The notes under the pieces are model-generated. The model made no database searches. It was not told the origin of the DNA and worked only from the letters and a program-made list of their open reading frames with translations. The translations under genes and the position numbers were made by a program. 64,000 bases of DNA from Paracoccaceae bacterium. GTDB taxonomy: Bacteria > Pseudomonadota > Alphaproteobacteria > Rhodobacterales > Rhodobacteraceae. The stretch spans positions 9,621 through 73,620 of the forward strand of contig REDZ01000073.1 in NCBI GenBank assembly GCA_007695345.1. Direction: 5' to 3'. The stretch's first letter is position 1. Every line of letters begins with the position of its first letter. Below are positions 48,553-58,609 of this stretch, one piece after another.

Positions 48553-49311
48553 TCATGCGGATCTGCGGCGCAGGCGCCACGCGGCGCGCATTTCAGCGGG
48601 CAGGATGCGGGCGCAGCGCCAGTAGCGCAGCGCCAGACGGCGCGGGTCCGACAGCATGCGCCAGACCCATTCCAGCGCCAGTCGGCGCACCCAGCGCGGC
48701 GCGCGCCGTTGCGCCCCCCCCAGAAAATCCAGCCCCGCGCCGATCGACACGAACCCGCATTCGGGCGCCAGATCGCGGCCCTTGGCGGCGAAGGCCTCTT
48801 GCTTTGGCGCGCCCATCGCGATCAGGCACAGCCCGGCGCCGCTGGCACGGATATCAGTCAGGATGGCCTGCGCCTCTGGCCCTGTCGGGTCGAACCCCAT
48901 GGGCGGGGAATGTTGCAGCGCGATTCGCAGCCCCGGCACACGACGCTGCAAGTCGCGCGCAGCAGCGTCCAGCACATCTGCCCGGCTGCCGACCAGCGCG
49001 ACGGGCACATCCAGTTCCGCCGCCAGCGCGGCAAGCGGCAGGATCAGGTCGGAGCCGGGGATGAGCGTGACCGGGCGACGGGCCAGCCGCGACAGCCACA
49101 CGATGGGGTTGCCATCGGCCACCACGATATCCTGCCGGGCATAAATGCCACGAAATTCAGCGTCGCTGCGCAGCTTGACCAGATGGTCGAGATTGATCGT
49201 CGCAAGAGCAAACCCCATGCGACCGGACAGCCGCGCGTGCAGCTTGGCCATCAGCTCTGGCCATCCGGGATCGGTGATCGTGATTCGGGTCTGCCCGAAG
49301 GCGAATTCCAT
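48553..49311 (-). CDS. WecB/TagA/CpsF family glycosyltransferase
   Basis: ATINLDHLV, VADGNPIVW, IAMGAPKQE are family-typical segments. ATG at 49311. Confidence 0.8.
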   Translation of the reverse strand: MEFAFGQTRITITDPGWPELMAKLHARLSGRMGFALATINLDHLVKLRSDAEFRGIYARQDIVVADGNPIVWLSRLARRPVTLIPGSDLILPLAALAAELDVPVALVGSRADVLDAAARDLQRRVPGLRIALQHSPPMGFDPTGPEAQAILTDIRASGAGLCLIAMGAPKQEAFAAKGRDLAPECGFVSIGAGLDFLGGAQRRAPRWVRRLALEWVWRMLSDPRRLALRYWRCARILPAEMRAAWRLRRRSA

Positions 49312-49526
49312 CCTGTCCTCGGCCTGCCTGCGCCACGCGCCCGGCCCCCGCAGCGCTGGCGCGCAGAATCGAATGCCGAACAAAGGGTTCTCCTATCGCC
49401 TAGCCCCACAGCCTGGCAGCAACAAGGCAGCGGCATGGCGAAAACCCGAAATTCCTTGCCCGATTGGGCGGGGTGGGTAATCTTTGGGTATCCTTTTGTG
49501 CGATTTTACAGATTCTGGAGTGAGCG

Positions 49527-51185
49527 ATGCGGTATTTCCCGGTCCGGCAAGGCTGTCTTGTTTCGCTTATCGCGGCAGTCGGGCTCAGCATGCCTGTTGC
49601 GACGGCATCGGCTCAGTCCCTCAACCACAGTATCGACGCGATGGAGGCGGGCGATTTCCAGCGCGCGTTCACGATCCTGCGGCAGTTGGAACAGGCGGGC
49701 GACCCCTATGCGCGGCAGATGATGGATGATGTGTTCTATTCCTCGGGCGCCGCCATCGCCCCGCCACAGCCCGCGCCCGGCGTCGCCCCTGCGCCGTCAG
49801 AGGCCCCGCAAACTGCCGCAATGGTCGTGCCGCCGGAACGCCCGGAACTGTCGCCCCGGAATTCGCCGCGCCCTCTGGCCCGCCGGGTTGCGCCGCAGGC
49901 CCCGGCGGATGGCTTTGCCCTGCCCGCCGCGCTGGACCCTGATGCGTTTCGTGCGCTGGACGAACCCCTTGCCCGAATCGGGCGGGACCTGTTCTTTGAC
50001 CCGATCCTGTCAGGCAACAAGGATGTCTCTTGCGGGACCTGCCACATGCCCGCCATGGCCTCGGGCGATGGGGTGTCGCTGGGGCTGGGCACGGGCGCCG
50101 TGGGGCTGGGGGTCGAGCGCCGGGCCGATGGGCCGAACGCCGCCAAGCGCCGCATCCCGCGCAATGCGCCCGCGCTGTGGAACCTGGGCGCGCGCGATCT
50201 GCACGTGATCTTTCGCGACGGCCGGGTGGAACCTGACCCGGACGATCCCGACAGGTTCCTGACCCCGCAAGGTCCGCTGGATTACATGGACCTGAATTCG
50301 GTTCTGGCCGCGCAGGCGCTGTTTCCCCCCACCTCGGCCGAGGAAATGGCGGGGCAGCCGGGCGGGAACGAGATTGCCGATGCCGCAGCGGCGGACCTGA
50401 TCCACGGGGATGAGGGCGCCTGGGGCCTGCTGGCGGCGCGGGTGGATGAGATTGCGGCCTATCACGATGCGTTCAACGCCTATCGCGGTGCAGAAGGGCC
50501 TGTGCGGATTGACGAGATTGCGAATGCGCTCGCCGCCTTTATCGAATGGGAGTTCCGCGCCATCGATACCCCCTTTGACCGCTACCTGCGCGAAGAAGCG
50601 GCGCTTGAATCCGCCGCCGGGCTGGGGATGCAGTTATTCTACGGCAAGGCCGGATGCGCCGGCTGTCATTCCGGCCCCTTGCTGAGCGATCAGGACTTTC
50701 ACGCGATGGGCCAGCCCCCAATCGGGCCGGGCCGCCAGCAGGGAGAGGATGGCTATTCCCGCGATATCGGGCGCGCCGCTGTAACCCAAAGGCCAGAGGA
50801 CCTTTATTCCTTTCGCACGCCCATGTTGCGCAATGTGGCCGTGACCGGGCCATGGGGACACTCGGGTGCCTTCTCGGAACTGCGCGATTTCCTCGATCAT
50901 CATGTCGATCCTGCAGCGGGGCTTGCACGCTATGAACCGCAGGCCGTACTGCCCGTGCTGGAGGACGCTTCGGATGATTTCGACCGCCTTTCGAATGAGA
51001 CGCTGATGAGTGAAATCCGCGCCGCTGCCGCGCGCGCCATGGCGCAGCGCCCGCTGGTCATGCTGGATGCGGATGAGGTCGGTTTCCTGATCGCCTTTCT
51101 GCATGCGCTGACGGATGAGGCCGCGCTTGACGGACGCATGGGCGCACCCGGCAGCGTGCCCAGCGGGCTGGCGCTGGCGCATTGA
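49527..51185 (+). CDS. Di-haem cytochrome c peroxidase family protein with N-terminal Pro/Ala-rich extension
   Basis: Signal peptide and two CxxCH motifs (CGTCHM, CAGCHS). GGAG lies upstream of the ATG. Confidence 0.8.
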   Translation: MRYFPVRQGCLVSLIAAVGLSMPVATASAQSLNHSIDAMEAGDFQRAFTILRQLEQAGDPYARQMMDDVFYSSGAAIAPPQPAPGVAPAPSEAPQTAAMVVPPERPELSPRNSPRPLARRVAPQAPADGFALPAALDPDAFRALDEPLARIGRDLFFDPILSGNKDVSCGTCHMPAMASGDGVSLGLGTGAVGLGVERRADGPNAAKRRIPRNAPALWNLGARDLHVIFRDGRVEPDPDDPDRFLTPQGPLDYMDLNSVLAAQALFPPTSAEEMAGQPGGNEIADAAAADLIHGDEGAWGLLAARVDEIAAYHDAFNAYRGAEGPVRIDEIANALAAFIEWEFRAIDTPFDRYLREEAALESAAGLGMQLFYGKAGCAGCHSGPLLSDQDFHAMGQPPIGPGRQQGEDGYSRDIGRAAVTQRPEDLYSFRTPMLRNVAVTGPWGHSGAFSELRDFLDHHVDPAAGLARYEPQAVLPVLEDASDDFDRLSNETLMSEIRAAAARAMAQRPLVMLDADEVGFLIAFLHALTDEAALDGRMGAPGSVPSGLALAH

Positions 51186-51195
51186 ACTTCGGGGT

Positions 51196-54100
51196 TCAGG
51201 TGACCGGATGCTGTAGCGCGCGCACCCCGATTTCGCCCTCTTGCTGCGCCCTGAGCGCCATGGCCGCCGCATGGCTGCCCGCCGCCGTGGTGAAATACGG
51301 GATCTTGTCATACAGCGCGACTGCCCGGATTTCGCGGCTGTCCTCGATGGCCTGCGCGCCTTCGGTCGTGTTCAGCACCATGGCAATCTCGCCTGATTTC
51401 ATCAGATCGACGATATTGGGCCGCCCCTCATAGACCTTGTTCACCACATCGCAGGCCACGCCGTGTTCGGACAGCCAGGCTGCCGTGCCGCGCGTCGCCA
51501 CCAGCGTAAAGCCCAGGCCCGTCAGGGTCTGCGCGGCGTCGCGCATCAGGGGGCCCTTGTCAAAATCCTTGATCGAGACAAAGACCTGCCCGCTTTCAGG
51601 CAAGGTCACGCCCGCGCCCAGCTGCGCCTTGTAGAAGGCGCGCGCAAAGTTGCGTGCCCAGCCCATCACCTCGCCGGTGGATCGCATTTCCGGGCCCAGA
51701 AGCGTATCAACGCCCGGAAAGCGCGCAAAGGGCAGCACTGCTTCCTTGACCGAGAACCACGGGGTTTGCGGATCCGCCAGCGTCAGCGGGTCGGCCAGCG
51801 GGATCGGTTCTGACGGGGCAGCATCCTTGTAGGGCGGGCGTATCGGGAAATCCGCCAGCCGCTCGCCCGCCATCAGCCGCGCCGCGATTGACGCAATCGC
51901 GCTATCCGTGGCCTTGGCGACGAAGGGCACGGTCCGCGATGCGCGGGGGTTGACCTCCAGCACGAAAATCTCGCCATCCTTGATCGCGAATTGCACATTC
52001 ATCAGGCCCACCACATCCAGCCCCTTGGCCAATGCCTCGGTCTGGCGGCGCAACTCGGCAATCGTGTCCGCATCCAGCGAATAGGGCGGCAGCGAACAGG
52101 CCGAATCGCCCGAATGGACGCCCGCTTCCTCGATATGCTGCATGATGCCCGCGACATGGACGCTTTCGCCGTCACAGAGCGCATCGACATCCACCTCGAC
52201 CGCGCCGACCAGATAGCTGTCCAGCAGCACCGGGTTCTTGCCCGACACGACCACGGCCTCGCGGATATAGCGTTCCAGATGGGCGTCATCGCGCACGATT
52301 TCCATGGCGCGCCCGCCCAGCACATAGGACGGGCGGATCACCAGCGGATAGCCGACGGCCTGCGCGATCTCGAAGGCTTGCTGCGGTGTCGTGGCGATGC
52401 CGTTGACCGGCTGGCGCAGGTCGAGCTTGTTCAAAAGCGCCTGAAACCGTTCGCGATCTTCGGCCAGATCAATCGCATCGGGCGAGGTGCCCAGGATGGG
52501 GATACCCGCCGCTTCCAGATCATTCGCCAGTTTCAGCGGGGTCTGCCCGCCGAATTGCACGATCACACCATGCAGGGTGCCGGCCTCTTGCTCCACACGC
52601 AGGATCTCCAGCACATGTTCCAGCGTCAGGGGTTCGAAATACAGCCGGTCCGAGGTGTCGTAATCGGTGCTGACCGTCTCGGGGTTGCAATTGATCATGA
52701 TCGTCTCATAACCCGCATCGGTCAGCGCGAAACAGGCATGACAGCAGCAATAGTCGAACTCGATCCCCTGTCCGATCCGGTTCGGGCCTCCGCCCAGAAT
52801 GACCACTTTCTTGCGGTCCGAGGGGCGCGCCTCGCATTCCACATCGCCCATGACATCTGTCTCATAGGTCGAATACATATACGGCGTCTGCGCCTCGAAC
52901 TCGGCGGCGCAGGTATCGATACGCTTGAACACGGCATTCACGCCCAGGTTGCGCCGCGCGCGGCGGATCTGGTCTTCGTCACGGCCTGTCAGGGCGCCCA
53001 GCCGCGCATCGGTGAAGCCCAGCATCTTGAGCGCGCGCAAACCGTCGGCATTCACCGGCAGGCCATTGCGGCGGATATCATCCTCGGTCGCGATGATCTC
53101 GCGGATGCGGGCCAGGAACCACGGGTCGAAACTGGTCGCGGCCTGAATGTCGTCATCGGACAGCCCTTCGCGCATGGCCTGCGCAATCAGGCGCAGGCGG
53201 TCGGGGGTCTGGCCGCTGATCGCCTTGATGATTGCGGCACGGTCAGGCGCGCCGGGAATGGCGATTTCGTCAAACCCGCTCAGCCCCGTCTCCATCGAGG
53301 CGAGCGCCTTCTGCATCGATTCGTGGAAGGTCCGGCCAATCGCCATCGCCTCGCCTACCGATTTCATGGCCGTGGTCAGTTCCGCCTGTGATCCGGGGAA
53401 CTTTTCAAAAGCGAACCTCGGGATCTTGGTGACCACATAATCTATGGTCGGTTCAAAGCTGGCAGGTGTCACTTTCGTGATATCATTGTCCAGCTCATCG
53501 AGCGTGTAGCCCACGGCCAGCTTGGCCGCGATCTTGGCAATGGGAAAGCCCGTCGCCTTGGACGCCAGCGCCGAAGAACGGCTGACGCGGGGGTTCATTT
53601 CGATCACCACCATGCGCCCGTTTTCCGGGTTCACGGCCCATTGCACATTGGACCCGCCGGTTTCGACCCCGATTTCGCGCAGCACGGCAATCGAGCCGTT
53701 GCGCATGATCTGATATTCCTTGTCGGTCAGTGTCAGCGCCGGGGCGACCGTGATCGAGTCGCCCGTGTGCACGCCCATCGGATCCACATTTTCGATGGAA
53801 CAGACGATGATGGCGTTATCCGCCTTGTCGCGGACCACCTCCATCTCGAACTCTTTCCAGCCCAGCAGCGATTCATCCACCAGGATCTGCGCGACCGGCG
53901 AGGCATCGAGGCCCGAGCGACAAATCCGTTCATAATCATCACGGTTATAGGCAACTCCTCCACCAGTGCCGCCCAGCGTATAGGCGGGGCGGATGATGGC
54001 GGGCAGGCCGATATCCTCCAGCGCGGCCATCGCCTCGGCCACACCGGCATTGATATCGAACTTGCCATTTTCCAACTTCGGCGCCGCTACGATGGTGGCG

Positions 54101-54534
54101 CGCGGGTTTTCCAGCCCGATCCGGTCCATCGCTTCGCGGAACAGCTTGCGGTCCTCGGCCATCTCGATGGCTTCGCGGCGCGCACCGATCATCTCGACCC
54201 CGAATTTCTTCAATACGCCCATTTCTTCCAGCGCCAGCGAGGTGTTCAGCCCGGTCTGCCCGCCCATCGTGGGCAAAAGCGCGTCGGGGCGTTCCTTCTC
54301 GATGATCTTGGCGACGATCTCGGGCGTGATCGGTTCGATATAGGTGGCATCGGCCAGGCCCGGATCGGTCATGATCGTGGCCGGGTTCGAATTGACAAGA
54401 ATGACGCGATACCCTTCCTCGCGCAGCGCCTTGCAGGCCTGTGCGCCGGAATAGTCGAATTCGCAGGCCTGCCCGATCACGATTGGCCCGGCCCCGATGA
54501 TCATGATGGAATGGATATCGGTTCGCTTCGGCAT
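51196..54534 (-). CDS. carB: Carbamoyl-phosphate synthase large subunit
   Basis: [30 protein letters not shown] start at 54534, duplicated ATP-grasp halves, 1112 aa. Confidence 0.95.
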   Translation of the reverse strand: MPKRTDIHSIMIIGAGPIVIGQACEFDYSGAQACKALREEGYRVILVNSNPATIMTDPGLADATYIEPITPEIVAKIIEKERPDALLPTMGGQTGLNTSLALEEMGVLKKFGVEMIGARREAIEMAEDRKLFREAMDRIGLENPRATIVAAPKLENGKFDINAGVAEAMAALEDIGLPAIIRPAYTLGGTGGGVAYNRDDYERICRSGLDASPVAQILVDESLLGWKEFEMEVVRDKADNAIIVCSIENVDPMGVHTGDSITVAPALTLTDKEYQIMRNGSIAVLREIGVETGGSNVQWAVNPENGRMVVIEMNPRVSRSSALASKATGFPIAKIAAKLAVGYTLDELDNDITKVTPASFEPTIDYVVTKIPRFAFEKFPGSQAELTTAMKSVGEAMAIGRTFHESMQKALASMETGLSGFDEIAIPGAPDRAAIIKAISGQTPDRLRLIAQAMREGLSDDDIQAATSFDPWFLARIREIIATEDDIRRNGLPVNADGLRALKMLGFTDARLGALTGRDEDQIRRARRNLGVNAVFKRIDTCAAEFEAQTPYMYSTYETDVMGDVECEARPSDRKKVVILGGGPNRIGQGIEFDYCCCHACFALTDAGYETIMINCNPETVSTDYDTSDRLYFEPLTLEHVLEILRVEQEAGTLHGVIVQFGGQTPLKLANDLEAAGIPILGTSPDAIDLAEDRERFQALLNKLDLRQPVNGIATTPQQAFEIAQAVGYPLVIRPSYVLGGRAMEIVRDDAHLERYIREAVVVSGKNPVLLDSYLVGAVEVDVDALCDGESVHVAGIMQHIEEAGVHSGDSACSLPPYSLDADTIAELRRQTEALAKGLDVVGLMNVQFAIKDGEIFVLEVNPRASRTVPFVAKATDSAIASIAARLMAGERLADFPIRPPYKDAAPSEPIPLADPLTLADPQTPWFSVKEAVLPFARFPGVDTLLGPEMRSTGEVMGWARNFARAFYKAQLGAGVTLPESGQVFVSIKDFDKGPLMRDAAQTLTGLGFTLVATRGTAAWLSEHGVACDVVNKVYEGRPNIVDLMKSGEIAMVLNTTEGAQAIEDSREIRAVALYDKIPYFTTAAGSHAAAMALRAQQEGEIGVRALQHPVT

Positions 54535-54762
54535 GGTGGACCCCCGGTTCAGCGTTGGCATCTACGCCTGTCCCGCCAGAGCGGCGCGCAAATTGGGCGC
54601 GTTATAATCAAGGCCACCCCCAGCGCAAGGGCGTTCGCAGCAAAGCATTGTCCGCAACGCATCGTAAGGATATCTTTACCCCATAGCGCGAAAACCGTAA
54701 TCTGGCCCTGTGCGTGCGCGTCATGCCCGTTTCGGCTGGATTGCGTGTCTGAAAGCGATTGA

Positions 54763-56913
54763 ATGCCGAGTGATTTGTGCCCCGCGCCCGATGATCCGGG
54801 TAAAACCGGCGAAAGACGCCTGACCGAGATTCAGGCGCTTGTCGTCGATTTGATTCACACGCTGCTGGCCGCGAAGCTGGATGATGTCGATGCCGCGATC
54901 GACCTCAGCTTGCAGCGCATGGGCCAGTTTGCCCGGCGCGACCGGGCCTATGTCTTTGTGCGCAGCGGCGACACGGCCAGCAACACCCATGAATGGTGCG
55001 CGCCGGGAATCGCGCCGATGATCGATCAGATGCAGAACCTGCCGATGGACGCCTTTGGCGCGCTGTTCGGACCGCTGAGCCGCAATCAGGAGGTGCTGAT
55101 CCCCGATCTGGAGGATTTTCTGCCCGGTTCGCCCGAACATGAGTTGCTGAAATCGCAGCAGATTCGATCAATGCTGCTGGTCCCGATGATCGAGGAGGGG
55201 CGGCTGTTCGGGCTGGTGGGTTTTGACAGTGTGCGCGAACGCGGTGATTTCCTGCCTGGCGAGGTGTATCTGCTACGCGCTTATGCCGACGTTATCCGCT
55301 CTGTCCTGCTGCGCCGGTGGGCAACCCTGGCCACACGTAGCGCGCAGCAAGATCTGGCTCGCGAACGCGCCTTTCTGCACGGGATTGTCAGCACTTCGGC
55401 CGCGGGACTGCTGGTGCTGGATGAAAGCGGCACCATCATCTTTGCGAATGATGCGTCAGAGGCCGTGCTTGGCCAGCCCGTCGCTGACCTTATCGGGCAG
55501 CCGCATGATAGCCCTTACTGGCGCATCAGCGATGTGAATGGCAGACCGATCCCGGCATCCGACATGCCCTTCGGTCATGTGCAGAATACCGGGCAGGATG
55601 TTGCGAATTTTCGCATCGCGCTGCATTGCGATGACGGGCTGCGTTACGCGTCGATCAATGCCGCCCCCATCAGCCGGGGCGGGCAGGGACCGCGCCATGT
55701 GCTCTACGCTGTTTCTGACGTTACGGATGTGGTCGAGGCAGAGAGCGCGCGCGAGGCCGCCCTGAGCGAAGCCCGCCGCGCCAATGAGGCCAAAAGCAGT
55801 TTTCTGGCCAATATGAGCCATGAGATCCGCACACCGCTGAACGGCATTCTGGGAATTGCGGATTTGCTGGGCGATGATTCCGGCGACCCTGTGCAGGCGC
55901 AGTTGATCGCCATTCTGCGCGATTCGGGCAACCTGCTGCTCAACATCATCAATGACCTGCTTGACATGACCAAGATCGAGGCCGATGCGCTGGAACTGGA
56001 AGAGCTTCCATTTTCGCTGTCCGACCTCGCCCGCCGGGTCGAGGAGTTGCATACATTGCGCGCCTCGGAAAAGCATTTGTCCTTTGCCGTTACGCTGGAC
56101 GACCCGATGGGCCTGCCGCGTCTGGGCGACCCGCACCGCATAACGCAGATCCTGCACAACCTGATCGGCAATGCGCTGAAATTCACCGAAAGCGGGTCAG
56201 TGGATGTGTGTCTGCGCGCGCCGGATGCGGGCACCGTCACGCTTGAGGTATGTGACACCGGGATCGGCATGACAGAGGCGCAGAAAACCGCTGTGTTGCA
56301 GCCTTTCGTGCAGGCCGACAGCAGCATCTCGCGTCGTTTCGGCGGGTCTGGCCTTGGCATGTCGATCGTGCGTTCGCTGACTGATCTGTTCGGCGGCACG
56401 CTGCAGATTGAAAGCGCGCCGGATGTGGGCAGCCGCGTGACGGTCACGTTGCCGCTGCGCTGCGCCTTGGTGAGTGATTTGCCTGAGCCATCGCCACCCG
56501 GACGCGCAACGCCCGAGCATCTGAACGGCTTGCATGTGCTGGCCGTGGACGACAATCGGACCAATCAGATGGTGCTGAGCATGATGCTGGGCCAGCTTTC
56601 GGCACAGGTCACGCTGGCCGGGGACGGACTCGCCGCGCTGGACCTGTTTCGCGCGGAACGGTTCGATGTGCTGATCCTGGACATCTCGATGCCGGGGATG
56701 GATGGGCTTGCGCTGCTGAAAGCGATCCGTGCGCTGGAACATGTGCTTGGCCGCCCGCGCACCCCGGCCATCGCCTATACCGCCAATGCGATGACGCATC
56801 AGGTGGACCTGTATCGCGCGCAGGGGTTCGATGCCTGCCTGACCAAGCCGCTGAAGAAAGAGCAGTTGTCACAGACCATCGTCGAGGTGCTGGGCCAGGT
56901 CGCGGTCAGTTGA
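54763..56913 (+). CDS. Cytoplasmic hybrid sensor histidine kinase/response regulator (GAF-PAS-HisKA-HATPase-REC)
   Basis: H-box SHEIRTPLNG, G-boxes DTGIGM/GGSGLGM, REC segment LILDISMPGMDG. No TM segment. Confidence 0.85.
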   Translation: MPSDLCPAPDDPGKTGERRLTEIQALVVDLIHTLLAAKLDDVDAAIDLSLQRMGQFARRDRAYVFVRSGDTASNTHEWCAPGIAPMIDQMQNLPMDAFGALFGPLSRNQEVLIPDLEDFLPGSPEHELLKSQQIRSMLLVPMIEEGRLFGLVGFDSVRERGDFLPGEVYLLRAYADVIRSVLLRRWATLATRSAQQDLARERAFLHGIVSTSAAGLLVLDESGTIIFANDASEAVLGQPVADLIGQPHDSPYWRISDVNGRPIPASDMPFGHVQNTGQDVANFRIALHCDDGLRYASINAAPISRGGQGPRHVLYAVSDVTDVVEAESAREAALSEARRANEAKSSFLANMSHEIRTPLNGILGIADLLGDDSGDPVQAQLIAILRDSGNLLLNIINDLLDMTKIEADALELEELPFSLSDLARRVEELHTLRASEKHLSFAVTLDDPMGLPRLGDPHRITQILHNLIGNALKFTESGSVDVCLRAPDAGTVTLEVCDTGIGMTEAQKTAVLQPFVQADSSISRRFGGSGLGMSIVRSLTDLFGGTLQIESAPDVGSRVTVTLPLRCALVSDLPEPSPPGRATPEHLNGLHVLAVDDNRTNQMVLSMMLGQLSAQVTLAGDGLAALDLFRAERFDVLILDISMPGMDGLALLKAIRALEHVLGRPRTPAIAYTANAMTHQVDLYRAQGFDACLTKPLKKEQLSQTIVEVLGQVAVS

Positions 56914-56920
56914 CCTGCGT

Positions 56921-57592
56921 TTACGGCTTTGCGGGCAGGGTCACGCGCGATGCGCGGCAGGCGCGGGCCTGCAGCCTCGCATCGCAGGGGCGCGGTGAAA
57001 GATCACTGCTCAGGCACAGGCGGATTTCCTGCGCATGGCCATCGCGGCAGGTCACGACCGCCATTTCTGGCCCGAGCACGGGATTGGCGGTGCGGAACTC
57101 TGCCAGCAGCGCTTCGGGCGTCATCTGCCGGTCCGCCCCTTGCGCGCGCAGGCTGTCGGGAAAGGACAGCGCATCGAACGCCGCTCGGGTCCGGGCGAAA
57201 TAGCCGGCGGCGTCCCCGCCCCAGCATGTCCCGTGCTTGCGCCACTGATGCCGCGCCAGCCCGTCCGACCCCATGATATCGCGCATGCTGCCGATCAGCG
57301 CGTCATCGGGCGCGTCATGGTCTGTGTCACAGAATTCGGGCCAGCCGCCCCCTGCATGCTGTGGCCAGAGCCCGTGGACCAGCCAGCCCGCCCCGGCCCC
57401 GGCCGCGCAGCGCGCGTCACCGCGGGCGGCCCCTGTCGCGGCGCACCAGCTTGGCGTCCAGCTCAGCGCCAGCACCAGATAATCGCCCTGGGGCGCATCA
57501 TCGCCGCGCCCCTGCGGCAAGATGCCCGACCAGAATGACAGCGCCAGTCCCCCCGCCACGGCCACGCCGATCCAACGCTTGCGCATTTGCAC
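56921..57592 (-). CDS. Ribonuclease T2 family protein (secreted/periplasmic)
   Basis: CAS I HGLWPQ and CAS II WRKHGTC motifs, plus a signal peptide. Confidence 0.8.
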   Translation of the reverse strand: MQMRKRWIGVAVAGGLALSFWSGILPQGRGDDAPQGDYLVLALSWTPSWCAATGAARGDARCAAGAGAGWLVHGLWPQHAGGGWPEFCDTDHDAPDDALIGSMRDIMGSDGLARHQWRKHGTCWGGDAAGYFARTRAAFDALSFPDSLRAQGADRQMTPEALLAEFRTANPVLGPEMAVVTCRDGHAQEIRLCLSSDLSPRPCDARLQARACRASRVTLPAKP

Positions 57593-57730
57593 TTTTCCTC
57601 GCGCCCGACTCCAGTTATACCCTGCGCCATCCCCGACATCGAGGACAAGGCAGGCCCGCCCTGCCGCCGGGTTCCCGGCACCCGATAGATATTGCGCGCC
57701 CGCCGCGCCACCATGACAGGAGAGTTCGTC

Positions 57731-58534
57731 ATGTCAAAACCGTTGATGCCCAAGGCAACCGCCGTGTGGCTGGTGGATAATACCACGCTGAGTTTCAAGC
57801 AGATTGCCGATTTCTGCGGCCTGCACGAACTGGAAGTGCAGGGCATCGCCGATGGGGATGTGGCTGGTGGCGTCAAGGGGTTCGACCCGGTCACCAACAA
57901 CCAGCTTGACCCCATCGAGATCGAGCGCGGCGAAAAGGACCCGGTCTACAAGCTCAAGCTGAAATACAACCCCGCCGCCGAGGGCGAGGAAAAGCGCCGT
58001 GGCCCGCGCTACACTCCGCTGTCCAAGCGGCAGGACAGGCCGGCCTCGATCCTCTGGCTGGTCAAGTTTCATCCCGAACTGGCCGATGCGCAGATCCGGC
58101 GTCTGGTCGGCACGACCAACTCGACGATTCAGGCCATCCGCGAGCGCACGCACTGGAACATCGCCAATCTGCAACCCATCGACCCGGTGGCCCTGGGGCT
58201 TTGCAAGCAGTCCGAACTGGACAAGGAAGTGCAGAAAGCCGCCGCCAAGCGTGCTGCAGAGGGCGAGATCATGAGCGATGACGAGCGCCGCAAGCTGGTC
58301 TCGACCGAGCAATCGCTTGAAATGGACGCTGAGCCGAAGATGCCCGCCAATATCGCCGGGCTGGAGAATTTCACAATCGCCGACATGTCGCCCGCCGAGG
58401 CCGAGGACGAGGCCGAGGAAAAATCCAAAGCGGCCGATTACAGCGATGCCGACAGTTTCTTCAACCTGCCTGATGACGACGATGAGGATGAGGACGAACA
58501 CGACGAAGGCAGCCGCGACCCGCGCGACCGCTAG
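57731..58534 (+). CDS. DUF1013/TrcR-like alphaproteobacterial cell-cycle regulator with acidic tail
   Basis: MSKPLMPKATAVWLVDNTTLSFKQIADFCGLHELEVQGIADG is characteristic of the family. ATG at 57731 follows GGAG. Confidence 0.6.
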   Translation: MSKPLMPKATAVWLVDNTTLSFKQIADFCGLHELEVQGIADGDVAGGVKGFDPVTNNQLDPIEIERGEKDPVYKLKLKYNPAAEGEEKRRGPRYTPLSKRQDRPASILWLVKFHPELADAQIRRLVGTTNSTIQAIRERTHWNIANLQPIDPVALGLCKQSELDKEVQKAAAKRAAEGEIMSDDERRKLVSTEQSLEMDAEPKMPANIAGLENFTIADMSPAEAEDEAEEKSKAADYSDADSFFNLPDDDDEDEDEHDEGSRDPRDR

Positions 58535-58609
58535 GCCCGAGGGGGTGGCTTTTCATGGCCGCCAAACTCGGCTAGGTCGCAGGCACGCGGTCATTTTCGG
58601 GGAAGAGAC